Shown in pieces: positions 35,531-48,500 of a stretch of 64,000 nt of DNA. Position 1 is the stretch's first letter, and each line of letters starts with the position of its first letter. This stretch comes from Eledone cirrhosa. Lineage: Eukaryota. Location: assembly GCA_964016885.1 (NCBI GenBank), contig OZ024740.1:197346001-197410000 (forward strand). The letters are read 5' to 3'. The notes beneath the pieces are model-generated. The model was not told the DNA's origin, ran no database searches, and was given only the letters and a program-made list of their open reading frames with translations. The translations under genes were made by a program, and so were the position numbers.

Positions 35531-36898
35531 TTGCTTGCCACACCAAGTTGAACCTAAATGTAAAATAGGCCTAGACCACAGTGCATATATCTTCAATGCT
35601 GGAGCCAGTTAGACTGTCCAGGGTCAGTAATTCTTTTACTCCATCACACATTGGAAATACTGTAGTGGAGGTGGGAGTTGAACGGAATATATTATTGAAA
35701 TATATTATAGTTTTCAGCCAGTGGCAGTTGAGATGTCAGGGAAGGTGGATTGCTGACAAGGTCTTTGCCATCATTGGCAAATAATATTTGAGTTTGTTTT
35801 GTTTCTTTACAAAGCTATCACAACATGATTTTTAAGTATAAAATGTTTGAATAACTTGGGGATATAACCCCTGGAGATAGATATAAGTGGATGGTCTATT
35901 TTTTCCACTTTGAGTGGTTATATGCATAATTTATTATAGTTAAAATCATGAGTTGTGGTAGCTTTGCCAGAACATAAACTCTCAAAAAAATAATAAAGAT
36001 GTTACCACGGAAATATTTAATTGGTCCTTTATATTTCAGATAAAAAACTAAAAGAACATGAAAGTATCTATGTGATTGTTAACTATTTGGCATGTTGAAT
36101 TATGGGAGTTAAATAGCTAAAATGACTCTTACAGGATGAAATTGTTTCAGTTTTAACCCAATCTCAGAACAACTTAAATGGCAACAAATATAATTCAGGT
36201 TTTATTTAAATTTCAGGACTCAAGATTCTGGGCCCCATAGTTGAGAAGAAAAAAGATTAAAGAGTGCTGATATCTTGATTAACAGACATGTCCAACCCAC
36301 AATAGCATGTAGAATGGACACTGATGAGAATGATTAACAAATTATATCATCCATTTTATATTAAGTTTAAGGGTACATACATAATATATATGAGAGAATG
36401 TGTATAAGATCCAGAATAGATATAATTATGGTATGATGAAATTTACTCCCAAAATCAAAAGTGGTAGTGCTGGTGTCATGTTAAAATGCACTCAGTGTAC
36501 TCTGTAAAGTAATAGTGCTGTTACTATAAAATGTATCCAGTACACACTATAATGTAGTTAGCATTAGGTTGGGCATCCAGCCATAGAAACCATGCAAAAA
36601 TGAAACAAGTGAGCAAGACATGTTTATCTGACACATCTACTCTTAGAATGTGAAAATCTGTACAACCCATGTCAGCATGGAAAACAGACATAAAATAGTA
36701 ATGATAGTGATAATAATTTTGAAAGACAAGTTTTTATTAAAAATATCATAGTAGTAATCTCACCAAATTTTGACATCGATAATGTTACTCTCTTGTATTA
36801 ATACATACATGTAGTTAAGTGACATTTTTGAGAAAATAATTTACCAGTGTTTCTCTCATATATTTGTGTCTCCTGTATTTGTAAGTAATTAAATGACC
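35531..36898. repeat. Segmental paralogy: downstream flank of ZNF-3 matches that of ZNF-4 (49758-51790) and partly ZNF-1 (12560-13060)
   Basis: Long near-identical blocks, for example TTGCTTGCCACACCAAGTTGAACCTAAATG. Confidence 0.85.
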
Positions 36899-36959
36899 AA
36901 GGTTACTGTCATTTGAAGTAGGGAGCGTAGATACTGTTATATCGAATGAATAGAAGTAA

Positions 36960-39900
36960 ACATACACACACATGCACGCACGCCAGGTCTGAATACAGAG
37001 GAGCTGAACTCCCACTGTCATTGCCTCCATCTCTCTCACTATTATGAGCAAATGGGGTCTCAAACTCTGGCTGCTCCATGGCCCCGGCAGACAGAATAGA
37101 GAAGGATTCTCCTGAGGATGTTGAGGGGGGTTGTGCTGGAAGAGCCATTCCATCTCACGACGCTCAAACCTGTGGCTAGCCAGCTCAGCGCCTATGATGG
37201 TGAGTAGGAAGGTGGCCCTAGGACTAATGACACCAGAAATCTCCACTGCAAACCTGTTGGAGAGTGACCGATACTTGGAGAGTTTACCTTCCTCAGCACG
37301 AAGTGCAGCAGAGCCTGAGTTAGTCGCAGACTGCATCAGGTTGTGGCTGGAGAATGTGTCGCTGCATGTGGCATCCCAAACGAGGGGTTTACCACCACAG
37401 AACGGGAAGATGGTCATACCATCTGGCCTTTTGCTGTCCCCTCGGTCCACCCCACTGACTCAAGCTGGGAGAGGAAGCCTGCAGTATCCAAGCCATGCTT
37501 TATGCCCTTGTTGAGAGCAGCATGGTGTGGAAGGTGGCCGGCACTGTAGCGACAGGAAAGCGGGTGGAGGCCGAAAGAGTCTAATGTGGATCTGCAGTGA
37601 ATTTTGTGTGGCTTGCAGATCCGGAGGCTGAGCCTTAGGGAAACCCCGATGTGCAGGCTATCATTGTACAGTTGCGTGCCAGTAGAAAAGGAGGGTAAGG
37701 CATGGAGCCAGGCACTGCTGTGGGGTGGTGAGGCTGCGCGGAAACATGCGAGGCGGTCTGGTCAAGCTGGCGCGCTAGCCTGTCCGAGGCCATGTTGCAT
37801 TGAATGGCATCACATATACTCGGGGGGGGGGGGGACTTGATGTCAACAGGAGCAAAAGGAGAAGGGATGTCTACTGGGCTGAGTCCAAGCCAGTTTCACG
37901 TCTTGCAGGCAGTCTCACCTTTCACAGTGGGTTCCATTGTGTTTTGGAGAACCTTGTTGAAGAGGACGTGGCATGAGGTTACCGACGAAAGAAACATTGG
38001 CTAGTGAGACCGGGGACCAGAGGCCAAGGCCATCATTTCTAACAGCTAAGGTTGTCAACCTGACATTGCATATCTCCTCAGCTGCTGCTTGGGTACAAGT
38101 ATTGAGGTCAGCAAGGAGAGATGCGTGACTGTAGCAAGGAGCGCTATGAAGGGTGTAGACGAGCTTTGGCATGGCGTGGGTGGGCGTCAATCATACCCAG
38201 TCCGCTCGTGAAGGTCTTGAGCTGCTGGAGCAGATGGCTGGTGGGAGGATCGGCAACCCGAGGATGAGAACATCCTCTTTAGGGCTCACCAGTACCTGGA
38301 GAATAATAGATTGCATATGCGAGACAGAGACTGTAAAGCTCTCTCCATCATGGTAGATATTCACCACCTCTGACTTGGATGAGTTGACCACGAAGCCGAT
38401 TCTCACCAGAGCAGGAACCATCAATTGCAGGTCGTGGCAGACAGTCTCCACGGACCCGGCCAACATCGCATCATCCAGGTACCAATTGTTGAGAGGGGCC
38501 GTGATATTCCAAGCAATGTGGTCTATATGAAGAGCAAAGAGGAGGGTACCCAAATGGTCACCCTGTAGGACTCCAGTGGCTGAAGGTATGGCCGTGTCAG
38601 TAGAAAACAGCATGCTTGGGGCTCCATATGCCAATGAGTAGGCAGAGGGGGCTTGGCTGAGGCAGGCCACGAGTAGCGGATGGTCATGGCGTATACAGTT
38701 AAAGGCATTCTTCATGTCAAGCTTGACAATGAGGTGCCTGGAGTCCTTCAATGTCGGTTCCGGTGGGCAGCTACTAAAGAAGTACCTGGTTGTGTGTGCA
38801 GCCCCTTCACAGCCACTGGACATGGCGACCCCTTGTGGGACTGGGCTGAGATCCTTGCTCAGTTCGGGTGTAACAGACCTGCAGACCACCTTGGCAGCTA
38901 GCCTCCGGAAGACATTGCCCACAGCGATGGGGCGTATGCCACCCTCTTTCTTCCTGAGAGCAGTTAGGCTGGTCGAATAAAAGAGGCCTCGGGCATGAGG
39001 GTCCAGGGTGCCACGGATAAACCTGTTAGTGTCACAATTGCGCTCAGAAAGCGGCACCCGGCCTCAGCGGAGAGGGAGGATAACAACATCCTGATGTGAC
39101 CAGGTCGGAGGCCATCAGTACCTCCGCTGCTGCTGGCTGGGTAGGACTTGATGTCAGATATGATATCTGTGTAGGAAGCCACAGGTGGGGGTATGGGTCT
39201 GAGGATGGCAGGCGGATCAGGGTGATTGAGCCGCAGGGAAGCTAGGACCTCCTCGGTGGGGTGGAGAACAGTGTCCTCCGAGGTAACCACTCTGACCGCA
39301 GCCGAGACATCACCCTCAGTTAGTTTAGCATTTATGCGGTCGCATAAACGCTTTGTGCTGGCCAGAGGGGTGGAGGATTGAGGGCACCTGAGAACAGAGA
39401 GTGTGGTGCCCAAAGGATGAAACATTGGCCTAGACAAAAGCTGCTGTTGATAGGCTACCAGAGTTGGGGAGGATGAGGGTAAGTGGGGCGAAATAGAAAA
39501 GGCGCTCCCAGTCACTGGCTCGATTAGAGTCCAGGGCCCTCTTGATTGAGGATGCAAGGGCATCGGCTACCGGCACCCGGGCTGTTCTTGCGATCTTGAG
39601 CAGAATCTTCCAGAGCCGCCTGAGCCGAGTAATGTTGACCAGCGAGGCTTGAGCATCAGACAAGCTCGCTATCTCATCTGGTGGTATAGTGGACGGCCGT
39701 AGCTAAGCAGACGAGGGGAAGAGACACGCTGCAAGGGCACTGGAGGCTTGATGTATCAAGCCAACACAAGTAAAGTGGTGGAAACAGCTGCACTCCGAAT
39801 AGTTCTGGCCCCTCTTCTTCTGATGTGGTGCTGCATGTGCTGCAGGTGTCGACTAGTGGGGGTGGAGGGTGGGTCATGGAGCTGGGGACTGGAACACTAA

Positions 39901-40090
39901 GCAGTTTCAATGGTGTGTGGCTGGTTGACACTGGCCAGGGTGCTAGGCTCAAAGGTATGTGGGTGGATGGGAAAAAACGGAACCAAAGGGATGTGGGCAG
40001 GCAGAGTGAGGGCCTTATAGTTCACCTACACCAGATATGGAGGCAACAGAAGACAAGACAAAAAAGGGGGTGCAGGCATGGAGGGGGACA
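36960..40090 (-). mobile_element. Near full-length CRE-like non-LTR retrotransposon (RT and C-terminal restriction-like endonuclease), frameshifted
   Basis: SSGGTDGLRPGHI, LTALRKKEGGIRPIAVGNVFRRLAAK, KLDMKNAFN, GVLQGDHLGTLLF, WYLDD, then RGDSKRPDGMTIFPFCGGKPLVWDAT. Confidence 0.9.
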
Positions 40091-40664
40091 TAAAAAAATG
40101 AATAAATAAATAGATAAGTAAAACCAGGGGGTATTCTAAGAGATTGTTACCTTAAGTTTAAAGAGTTACATATATGCGATAGATTCAATATATTCACTTT
40201 GAAATAAATGAATGTTTGCGATACAAAATGTTTTCAATTACAGAGTGATTACATTACTGGTCCTGAATTTTATCAAGTGGCTAAGGCTTCTAATTCTGTG
40301 AAATACAAAAGTAAGTAGGGATTGACCTCTCAGTCACACCTGTCTATAAATAGATTCAGGTTATTTCAAGAGGGAGATGGGGTGGTGTCATGTGTTGTCT
40401 CTTCTTGTAAAGCTAGTGCCAGTTCCTCGACATTTTTGTTTTAGTTTGTTTTTGAAAAATTGTGAGTGCAAGTTAAGGAGGAATGTGTAAAAAATGCATA
40501 TGCATTAATGAACATATATTTTACTTTAAACACAAAGGGACATCTGTAAATGATAGTAACGATATTTAGATATTGGTCTCATCATTCTTTTTATTTCCTT
40601 CTGTAGCAACACGTGGTTGTGTTTGGCTGCTGACTCTAGCAGAGCCCCCAAATAATGATTTACC

Positions 40665-41702
40665 TCAGCTAACAGTGATACAGCTTCTCTTCATGATATG
40701 ATTTTTTTCATGTTTAGTTAAGTTACTTTTTTGAGAGAATGATTTACCGCATATATCACAATGATATGGTTTCTCTCTTGTATGAACGCGTTTGTGTTTA
40801 GTTAGGTCATTCTTTTGTGAGAATGTTTTACCACAAATATCACAGTTATATGGTTTCTCTCCTGTGTGAATATATTTGTGAATAGTTAAATGACTTGTTT
40901 GAGAGAATGATCTATTACATATATCACAGTGATACGGCTTCTCTCCTGTATGACTATACTTATGTGTAGTTAAGTGACATATTTGAGAGAAAGCTATACC
41001 ACAGATATCACAGCAATAGGGCTTCTCCCCTGTATGGATGCGATGATGCTTTGTTAGCTCATTTTTCTTAGAGAATGGCTTATCACAGATATCACAGTGA
41101 TAAAGTTTCTCTCCTGTATGAATGCGTTTGTGAGTATTTAAGTCAGAACTCCAAGAGAAATTTTTACCACAAATATCACAGGGATATGAATTTTCTTCTG
41201 TATGAATACGTTTGTGAGCAGTTAAGCCATCATTTCGAGAGAATGATTTACCACAGATAGGACACTGATATGGTTTCTCTCCTGTATGAATGTACTTATG
41301 AGTAGCTAATACATTACTTCGAGAGAATGATTTACCACAGATATTACAATGATATGGCTTCTCTCCTGTATGAATACGTTTGTGAGCAGTTAGATTATTT
41401 TGTGAGAATGATTTACCACAGATATCACAATGAAATGGCTTCTCTCCAGTATGAATAGGTTTGTGTTTAGTTAAGTTACCTCTCGCAGAGAATGATTTAC
41501 CACAAATATGACAGTGATATGGTTTTTCTCCTGCATGAATGCGTTTGTGAATAGTTAAAACATAATTTCGAGAGAATGATTTACCACAGATATCACAGTG
41601 AATTGATGTTTTTTGTTTCTTTTCTATTATCTTGCCAGGTAAATCAATACTTTTGGATTGTGTTGTATATTTAACCAGGTTCTCACATAATTCATTTTCC
41701 AT
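40665..41702 (-). CDS. C2H2 zinc finger protein, 11 fingers (ZNF-3)
   Basis: Intact 345-aa ORF; finger 3 is one residue short ([11 protein letters not shown]). Confidence 0.93.
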   Translation of the reverse strand: MENELCENLVKYTTQSKSIDLPGKIIEKKQKTSIHCDICGKSFSRNYVLTIHKRIHAGEKPYHCHICGKSFSARGNLTKHKPIHTGEKPFHCDICGKSFSQNNLTAHKRIHTGEKPYHCNICGKSFSRSNVLATHKYIHTGEKPYQCPICGKSFSRNDGLTAHKRIHTEENSYPCDICGKNFSWSSDLNTHKRIHTGEKLYHCDICDKPFSKKNELTKHHRIHTGEKPYCCDICGIAFSQICHLTTHKYSHTGEKPYHCDICNRSFSQTSHLTIHKYIHTGEKPYNCDICGKTFSQKNDLTKHKRVHTREKPYHCDICGKSFSQKSNLTKHEKNHIMKRSCITVS

Positions 41703-41832
41703 AATTTTTCTTCTTTTACCACAATTTTTTATATACTCTATTCCTAAAAAATATTTCTAGTTGAATTTCTATAAAGATTAATGGTGTATCTCAGGTAAAG
41801 AATATTCTGTAATGCCAACATCATCTGATATT

Positions 41833-43447
41833 CTGAAATAATAGAAAAACAGTATAAGATAAAGAGGATACTTAAAAAATAAAAATGTTAACAGTGAAAC
41901 TTTGACTACTTTCCTATATTGGTAGAATGTAGATATAAAATTTAACCTGAATGTTTAATTTTTAATTTATCAAAATAACATAATACAAACTTGTGTGAAG
42001 TCTACATATCTATAAACTACAGTTACACTTTCAGATTGTCTAACATGTAATATATGTGAAACTACAGCTACATCTTCAGATTGTGTAATATATGTTAAAC
42101 TACACCGTCAGATTATGTAATATAAGTGAAACTACAGCTACATCTTCAGATTGTGTAATATATGTTAAACAACTACACCTTCAGATTGTGTAACATTAAA
42201 TATATGTTAAACTACAGCTTTAGATTGTGAAATAAGCAGAACCTCGCAGTATGAGTGCCCCATTGTACGAGTAATTTGCTGTACGAGCCGAGGATTGTGC
42301 GATTTTTTGTCTTGTATACAAGTGGAAATCCGAGTGAGTTTCATACAATTAATAAAACCAGTTTATTTCTTTTGCATTCTATTTTGTTATGTTTTTATAA
42401 TTGTCATTTTCCTTGTGACTGCACCTTTTCTGTTTTAAAACCCATAAAAAATTATTTTTTTGATGTTTTTTGGGGCAGGAACGGATTATTCATATTTTAA
42501 GTAATTTCAATGGGCACAATCGATTTGTAATAGAAGTATATCGTAAAACGAGCTCGATCATGGAACGAATTAACTCGTACTGCGAGGTATTACTGTATAT
42601 ATTAAACTATAGCTACACCTTCAGATTGCGTAACATTATATGTTAAACTACACTTTCAGATTGCGTAACATTATATGTTAAACTACCAGTAATGCACTGG
42701 TAATTGCTGGCCTTGTGCCTAAAGTAGAAACAATTATATGTTAAACTACAGAATGGTGGACAATAATATTCTGACATGGAAACAATTCATAAAATGGTCG
42801 TGTAGGTGTCACGACAAAAGGTAACTCAGTCCACACTGTAAATGTGGTTGGCGTTAGGAAGGGCATCCAGCTGTAGAAACCCATCCAGAAACAGTTCTGT
42901 ATAAGCAAGACACGATCATCTGATCTGGCTTGTCAAACAACGGGACAACTCGTCTAACCCATGCTAGCGTGGACAAATGGACGTTAAACGGTGACGATGA
43001 TGATAAAAATAGTTGAAGAGAATTAAATAATCTCTTCAATTTCAGAGAGAAAGCATATTCGAAGGTAAGTTTAATTGATAGCACACGGAAAAAAAGACGA
43101 GGAAAAATAATTATTTACCACTGAAATCGACGGGGGTGTTCTATAGATTTACCCAATAAATTAGAGAAATAATTCATAGAACATCAGTCGGTATACCTAC
43201 CTAGTGTGTAATGTATAACAGCATATATTGTATACAATGTATACAACAAAGGAAAAACCTCATGTTTCATTTTACGACGTTAAATCTAATTAATTGTGTA
43301 TTTTATTAATAAATAATGAAATTATTGTGTACAGTGCTCAGGTGTACTACTCCAATTATTATAAGTACGGTATACTGGGAGGGAGAAACACAATTCTATT
43401 ATTTACACACATTACTACAGACTTAAAAGAAATCTTTGTCAACTTAC
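41833..43447 (-). other. Predicted 5'-UTR intron of ZNF-3
   Basis: Conserved donor and acceptor; about 8 minisatellite units at 42010-42750. Confidence 0.7.
42235..42595. mobile_element. pogo/Tigger-type MITE inserted in the minisatellite
   Basis: TIRs ACCTCGCAGTATGAGT and ACTCGTACTGCGAGGTATTACTG followed by TA. Confidence 0.7.
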
Positions 43448-43720
43448 GCTTTTCAGAAATAAATAATGACTCATTGTGTGTTTTTATAAAACTATCAAAG
43501 AAAGAATCTCGTTGTTTTTAACTGTTTTAATCAACTTTAATCTTCTACATAAACTGTAGATTCTTCTTTCAGCAGTGAAGCTGACTTTATATCAATAGCC
43601 GCAGTTTCGATTCGAATATTCGTATATTATTCTGTGTTTTAATATTTATCTTTGTAGAGAACTTCAATAATGCTTTTATTCAACAGCTAAAATAAAATTA
43701 GTTAACATTTAGGATAACGT
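43448..43720 (-). promoter_or_regulatory. Putative exon 1 / promoter module of ZNF-3 (distal part lost)
   Basis: Paralogous to 19811-20270. Confidence 0.6.
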
Positions 43721-44073
43721 AGAATAATCATTGTTATAGATAAGACACACACTTTAAATACAACACCCGACTTTTTCAGCATTTATTTAATTCAAACACA
43801 CGATTCCACATTTGGATACGTAGGAAGAAAACATGAAATTATAAAAGAAAGAATAGAAAAATGGCGATTTTTGGAATCTACTGAAGGATTGCCAGATCAA
43901 TTTTATTATATGTACTACTAACATTTTAAAACGTCACGGAGTGTGTTTAAAAATAAACCAAAATGAAAAATATCCTCATAAATTGAAAAAATACAAGCAG
44001 ATCTGCGAAACCACGTCCTGTAACTTAAAAAAGAATCCTGAAAATTAAAAAAAATTTCCATATTTAAAATATG

Positions 44074-46800
44074 TCATCATTTAACATCCATTTTCCACGC
44101 TAGCATGGGTTAGACCGGTTGACCCATTAGAGGCAAGTCGGGTCACGTGACCGTGTTTTTGCTCATATAGAACTGTTTCTACGACTAGGTTTCTACGGCT
44201 GGATGCCCTTCCTAATGCCAACAACATTGTATGCTGGATGCTTTTTGTCGCGACTCCTACACGACCACTTTACAGTGTGGTCAAGGTGCTTTTTGTTGTG
44301 ACACCTACGCTACCACTTTACAGTGTGGGCTGGATACTTTTTTGTTGTGATACCAACATAACTTTACAGTGTAAGGGTGGTGTGGACAGATGTGGGCGGG
44401 TGGGTGTTGGGGCGCAGGAGGTGTATGGAAGGGGGTATAGTGGTTAAGAGGTGGATACTAGATGTATGTTTGAGTCCATGCACATAGGAAGACATGTCTT
44501 CTGTATTATTGCATAATGCCAAGGATCTCGATCCTGTGTCATTGTCTTTGAGAGGTGCAATTGTGCAAGGTCAGCTTTTATCCCCTCATCCCAGGTCTTC
44601 TGGGTCTTCCTACACCATAGCTTCCGTCAGCTTTGATTGCACTACACCTTTTTATACAGTTGTCATCCTTCATATGCATCACATGACCATGCCAACACAG
44701 TCTCCTCTCTAGCATAGTGCATCTGATCCCTTTTATGCCTAATTTCTCACTCAGTTCATTTATGCTTTGCTGTTCTTGTATTACACATCCATCGGAGCAT
44801 GCGTGCTTCATTCTTTCCAATTTTTGCAGCTCCTCCGCACAGAGTGCCCAGGTGTCACTACCATCTAACATTGCTGTTCGTATACATGCATTGTACAATC
44901 TGTCTTTCATTTTAAGGGTAAACTCTCCTGTAGCTAACAGCAGTAGTAGCTCCCTGAACTTTCTCCATCCCTTTCTTACTCTGGCTACTGTATTTTCGGA
45001 ACACTCTCCTCCACTGCTGATTTCATCAACCTGGTAACAGAAACGGTTGACCATTTCTATAGAACCATCTGGGCATTTGAAGGAGCTAGTATCCTGTGGG
45101 CACTTGCTACTTTCTGCACCTGTGCATCAGCTGCATATAAAACCTATGTTCTTTGATAGCATGCCTGTGATCCCACTACATCTTTTATGTGCTCATAGCT
45201 TGCATTTAGGACACAGAATGAAATTTCTACCTATTTCTTTCCTGCACACTGTGCAAGGCCATTTCCCAGAGGGTTTCTGGGCCATATTTTCTTTTCTACA
45301 TACTAGGATTTAATCTTTGACAAGTTATCTTTAAGACCTTTTGATTCTAGGCCATGCTGCCAGGTTTGGAATTTCTTCTCTAATTCTACTATAAGAGTTA
45401 GATCATCTGTATACAGAAGTTCCCATGGACAACCAATCTTAAACTCTTCTGTTATAGCCTGTAGGGCAATAATAAATAGGAGAGGGTTAAGGACAGACCA
45501 CTGATGAACACCTACCTGTATGCTAAATTCTTCACTATAGTCATTGTTAACCTTGCTGACTGTTACTCTATACATGGCTTGTACAGCTTTCACAAGCAAC
45601 TCATCTACTCCTAGTTTCCTAAGAACCCACCAGATAATTGAATGGGGGATCCTGTCAAAAGCTTTCTCCATGTCAACAAAAACTAAGTAGAGGGGTTTAT
45701 TTTTAGCGAGGTACTTCTGCAGTTGCCTCACCAGGAAGAGAGCACTCGTGGTAATTTTACCTGGCACAAATCCAAACTTTATTTCATTAAGGTTAATTCA
45801 GTCTAATCAGCTGTGTGATAACTCTTTCTGTGACCTTCTTGACCTGGTCAACCAGCTTAATGCCTCTATAGTTTTCTGTCTAGAGCATCTCCTTTGCCCT
45901 TGTAGCAGTTGTCGATGTCATTGGGTATGACCTCCATTTTGTATTACTTGGTTTACAATACAGGTGACTATGGTGTGACCCACCATCCCAGATGCTTTCA
46001 GCATCTAAGCAATTATCCCCAAAGGTCCAGCTGCCTTGCCTGTCTTCATATCTTTGATTGCCTTACTTACTATATTACAACTAACTTGCATTGCTGGTCC
46101 TTCTATTGGGCCAGCTTGGGGCAAACTATCTTCATCCCATTCATTCTCCTCAATTAGTAATCTTTCATAGTGGCACTTCCATGCTAACTTCTTTTCAATG
46201 TCAGCGAGGGCAAGTATATCATTATCATTGTGAACACACTTCTCCCCAACAATTTTCCCTGACACATTGCCTTGCAATCCCGAACACCTCATGCCTTTGG
46301 TCCTCGCATTGCAGAACATGCTTAAATTTTCCATCTTCTGCTTCCCTTCTTGTATACTTGTTGCTTAGTTTCTCTCCTAGCCTCCTGGTAGTGTTCTCTA
46401 CTTCCTCCATGCTGCCATTCTTTCCATGCCTGTCTTTTGGTCTTAATTGTCTCCTCCACTCTACTGTAGAGGCTTACTCCAACCACAGATTTTGTTTGTC
46501 ACCTCCAGTAGGTTATCTTTCAGGAATTCACACTGCTCCTGTATATTGTATTCTCTATTTGCTCTTCCTTACTGTCAAAAGAATCAAGTAACATGCCTCT
46601 AAATTTGTTACTGGCTGTGGGGGTCCTTCAACTTTCACATTATTCTCCTCAAGGTTCTTTTGTCGTTGAGTTTGTCTACCCCTGACTATTAGGTTATGTT
46701 GGGAGGTGCATTCTTCACCAGAAAGAGACTTTGTGTTTACAACAGTCACTCTATCTCATCTTCTGGTAAGGATAAAATGTTTCTGGCTGGTGTACATATG
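44074..46800 (-). mobile_element. 5'-truncated RTE-clade LINE
   Basis: KAIKDMKTGKAAGP, LYLVFVDMEKAFDRIP, VGVHQWSVLNPLLF, ELLYTDDL, RLCWHGHVMHM; 3' UTR with ~42-bp subrepeats and an (ATG)n end. Confidence 0.88.
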
Positions 46801-46859
46801 AATATTAGAGTATCAGAGGATTTCATATCCCGAAACCCCAAAGAGGGTTCAGAAGGGAG

Positions 46860-48500
46860 CAAACCATGACAATTGGAACCTGGAACATCACAAGCCTTAC
46901 AGGTAAGGAGCAGGAACTAGTGGAGGAGGCTAGATGCCACCCACTAGATATAGTCGTCGTTTCCTGAACAAAGTTCCATGGCTCTGATACTGTAGATTTG
47001 TATGGAGGATGGAAACTCCATCATTAAGGTGTGGCACCAGAAATGACTGCACAGATGGGAGTGAGGATACTCACAAGTCCCCAGCTGTCAGAATGTGTTA
47101 TGAACTGAAGCTCATTAGGAGGCTAGGATTTGCCTCATGAAGTTTAGGTTGAAAGATAGGTCTCTGTGAGTGGTACAAGTTTAGGCACCAAACAAGGAGT
47201 CCAAATACAATCGTTCCTTGATGAAGTCACTGTAACATTAAATGTAGTTAAGACATTCATATATCCTTATGGGAGACTTCAATGCACATGTTGGCACTGA
47301 CCACCCGACATAGAAATGAACGGCGACCTCAATCTAAATGCGAATGGAAAGGTCTTATTAGAGATCTGTTCTAGCAATGGACTTTCTATTATGAACACCT
47401 TCCAGCACAGAGACATCCATAAGTATACATAGTATAAGGGGAATCAGGGACAGAGATCAATAATTGATTTTGTTCTTGTCTCTGAGCTCCTTGATTCTGT
47501 TTTAGATGTTTGTGTTAAGAGAGGGGCTGAGCTGTCAACTAATCACCATCTAGTTATCTGCATCTTGAGACAACCTAAAAGCAAAGAAGTCCACAAAACT
47601 GGCAGGGCCAGGACAACTTACAGGATAAAGTAGGAAGTGTTGGTGGCTAAGGAAGTCAGGACATGGTATGCAGATACTATTGCATCCAAATTCAGAGAAC
47701 TCCCTGATCAAACTGAAGACATTGAGACAGAGAGGAAATTGTTCTGCTCAGCAGTTTCTGGTTCAGCTGTTAAATGCTGCAGGTGATAGAGGCTTGGTGT
47801 GGCACTGGATAGCAGGAAGACCCCTTGGTTCAATAAAGAGGTCAAACATGCCATCCGAGCAAAGAAGGAGGCTTACAGAGCTTGGCTTGGAAATAAGTTC
47901 TCCTTGCATTTGTGGTATAAGCAGGCATGAAGAATTGCAGCAGAGACAGTAAAGGCATAAAAAATTAAGACATACTAGGAGTTAAGCTGGAATCTGACTT
48001 CAGATCAGCAAATAGTGTTTTGGTAGACCATTTGCTGACTTCGTAATAAGAAGTCCTTTTCCACACCTGCTATCGCATCTGGGGTTCTCCTCTCTTCAGA
48101 GAGGTGCATCATTGCGAGGTGGAGAGAATACTTTGCTGATCTAAACCTGATCAAAGAATGTCTGATGTACACAATGTGCATCTGGGAGTGGTGACTAATC
48201 TATCGGAGGCTGAGATCACAAGAGCAGTTAAAGAGCTTAAATGCTGCAAGGCCGCTGGGGAAGATGAAATCTGGCCTGAGATGTTAAAAGCCTTAAATAG
48301 AGAAGGTATTCTGAAGCAAGTGGAGAAGTTCAGGTATGTATCAGAGGACATATTCACGAGTGATGGAAGGCAGGAGGCTGAGTTAAGTTCAAGAATATCA
48401 GGAGCTGGTGTAGTAATGCACCAGCTTCAGCATTCAGTAATAAGAAGGGAGGTAGGTGTAAAAGCCAAATTCGCTATCTTCAAAATGGCATTCATGCCAA
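46860..48500 (+). mobile_element. RTE LINE with APE domain and internally deleted RT
   Basis: MTIGTWNITSLTGKEQELVEE, LMGDFNAHVG, SIIDFVLV, LSTNHHLV, KAAGEDEIWPEMLKAL joined directly to LKQVEKFRY. Confidence 0.8.

Noticed and set aside
46740-46900. Twin-priming 5' inversion joining the two divergent RTE pieces
   Set aside because: Both pieces contain the end of the APE domain and differ strongly in sequence, so they are independent insertions.
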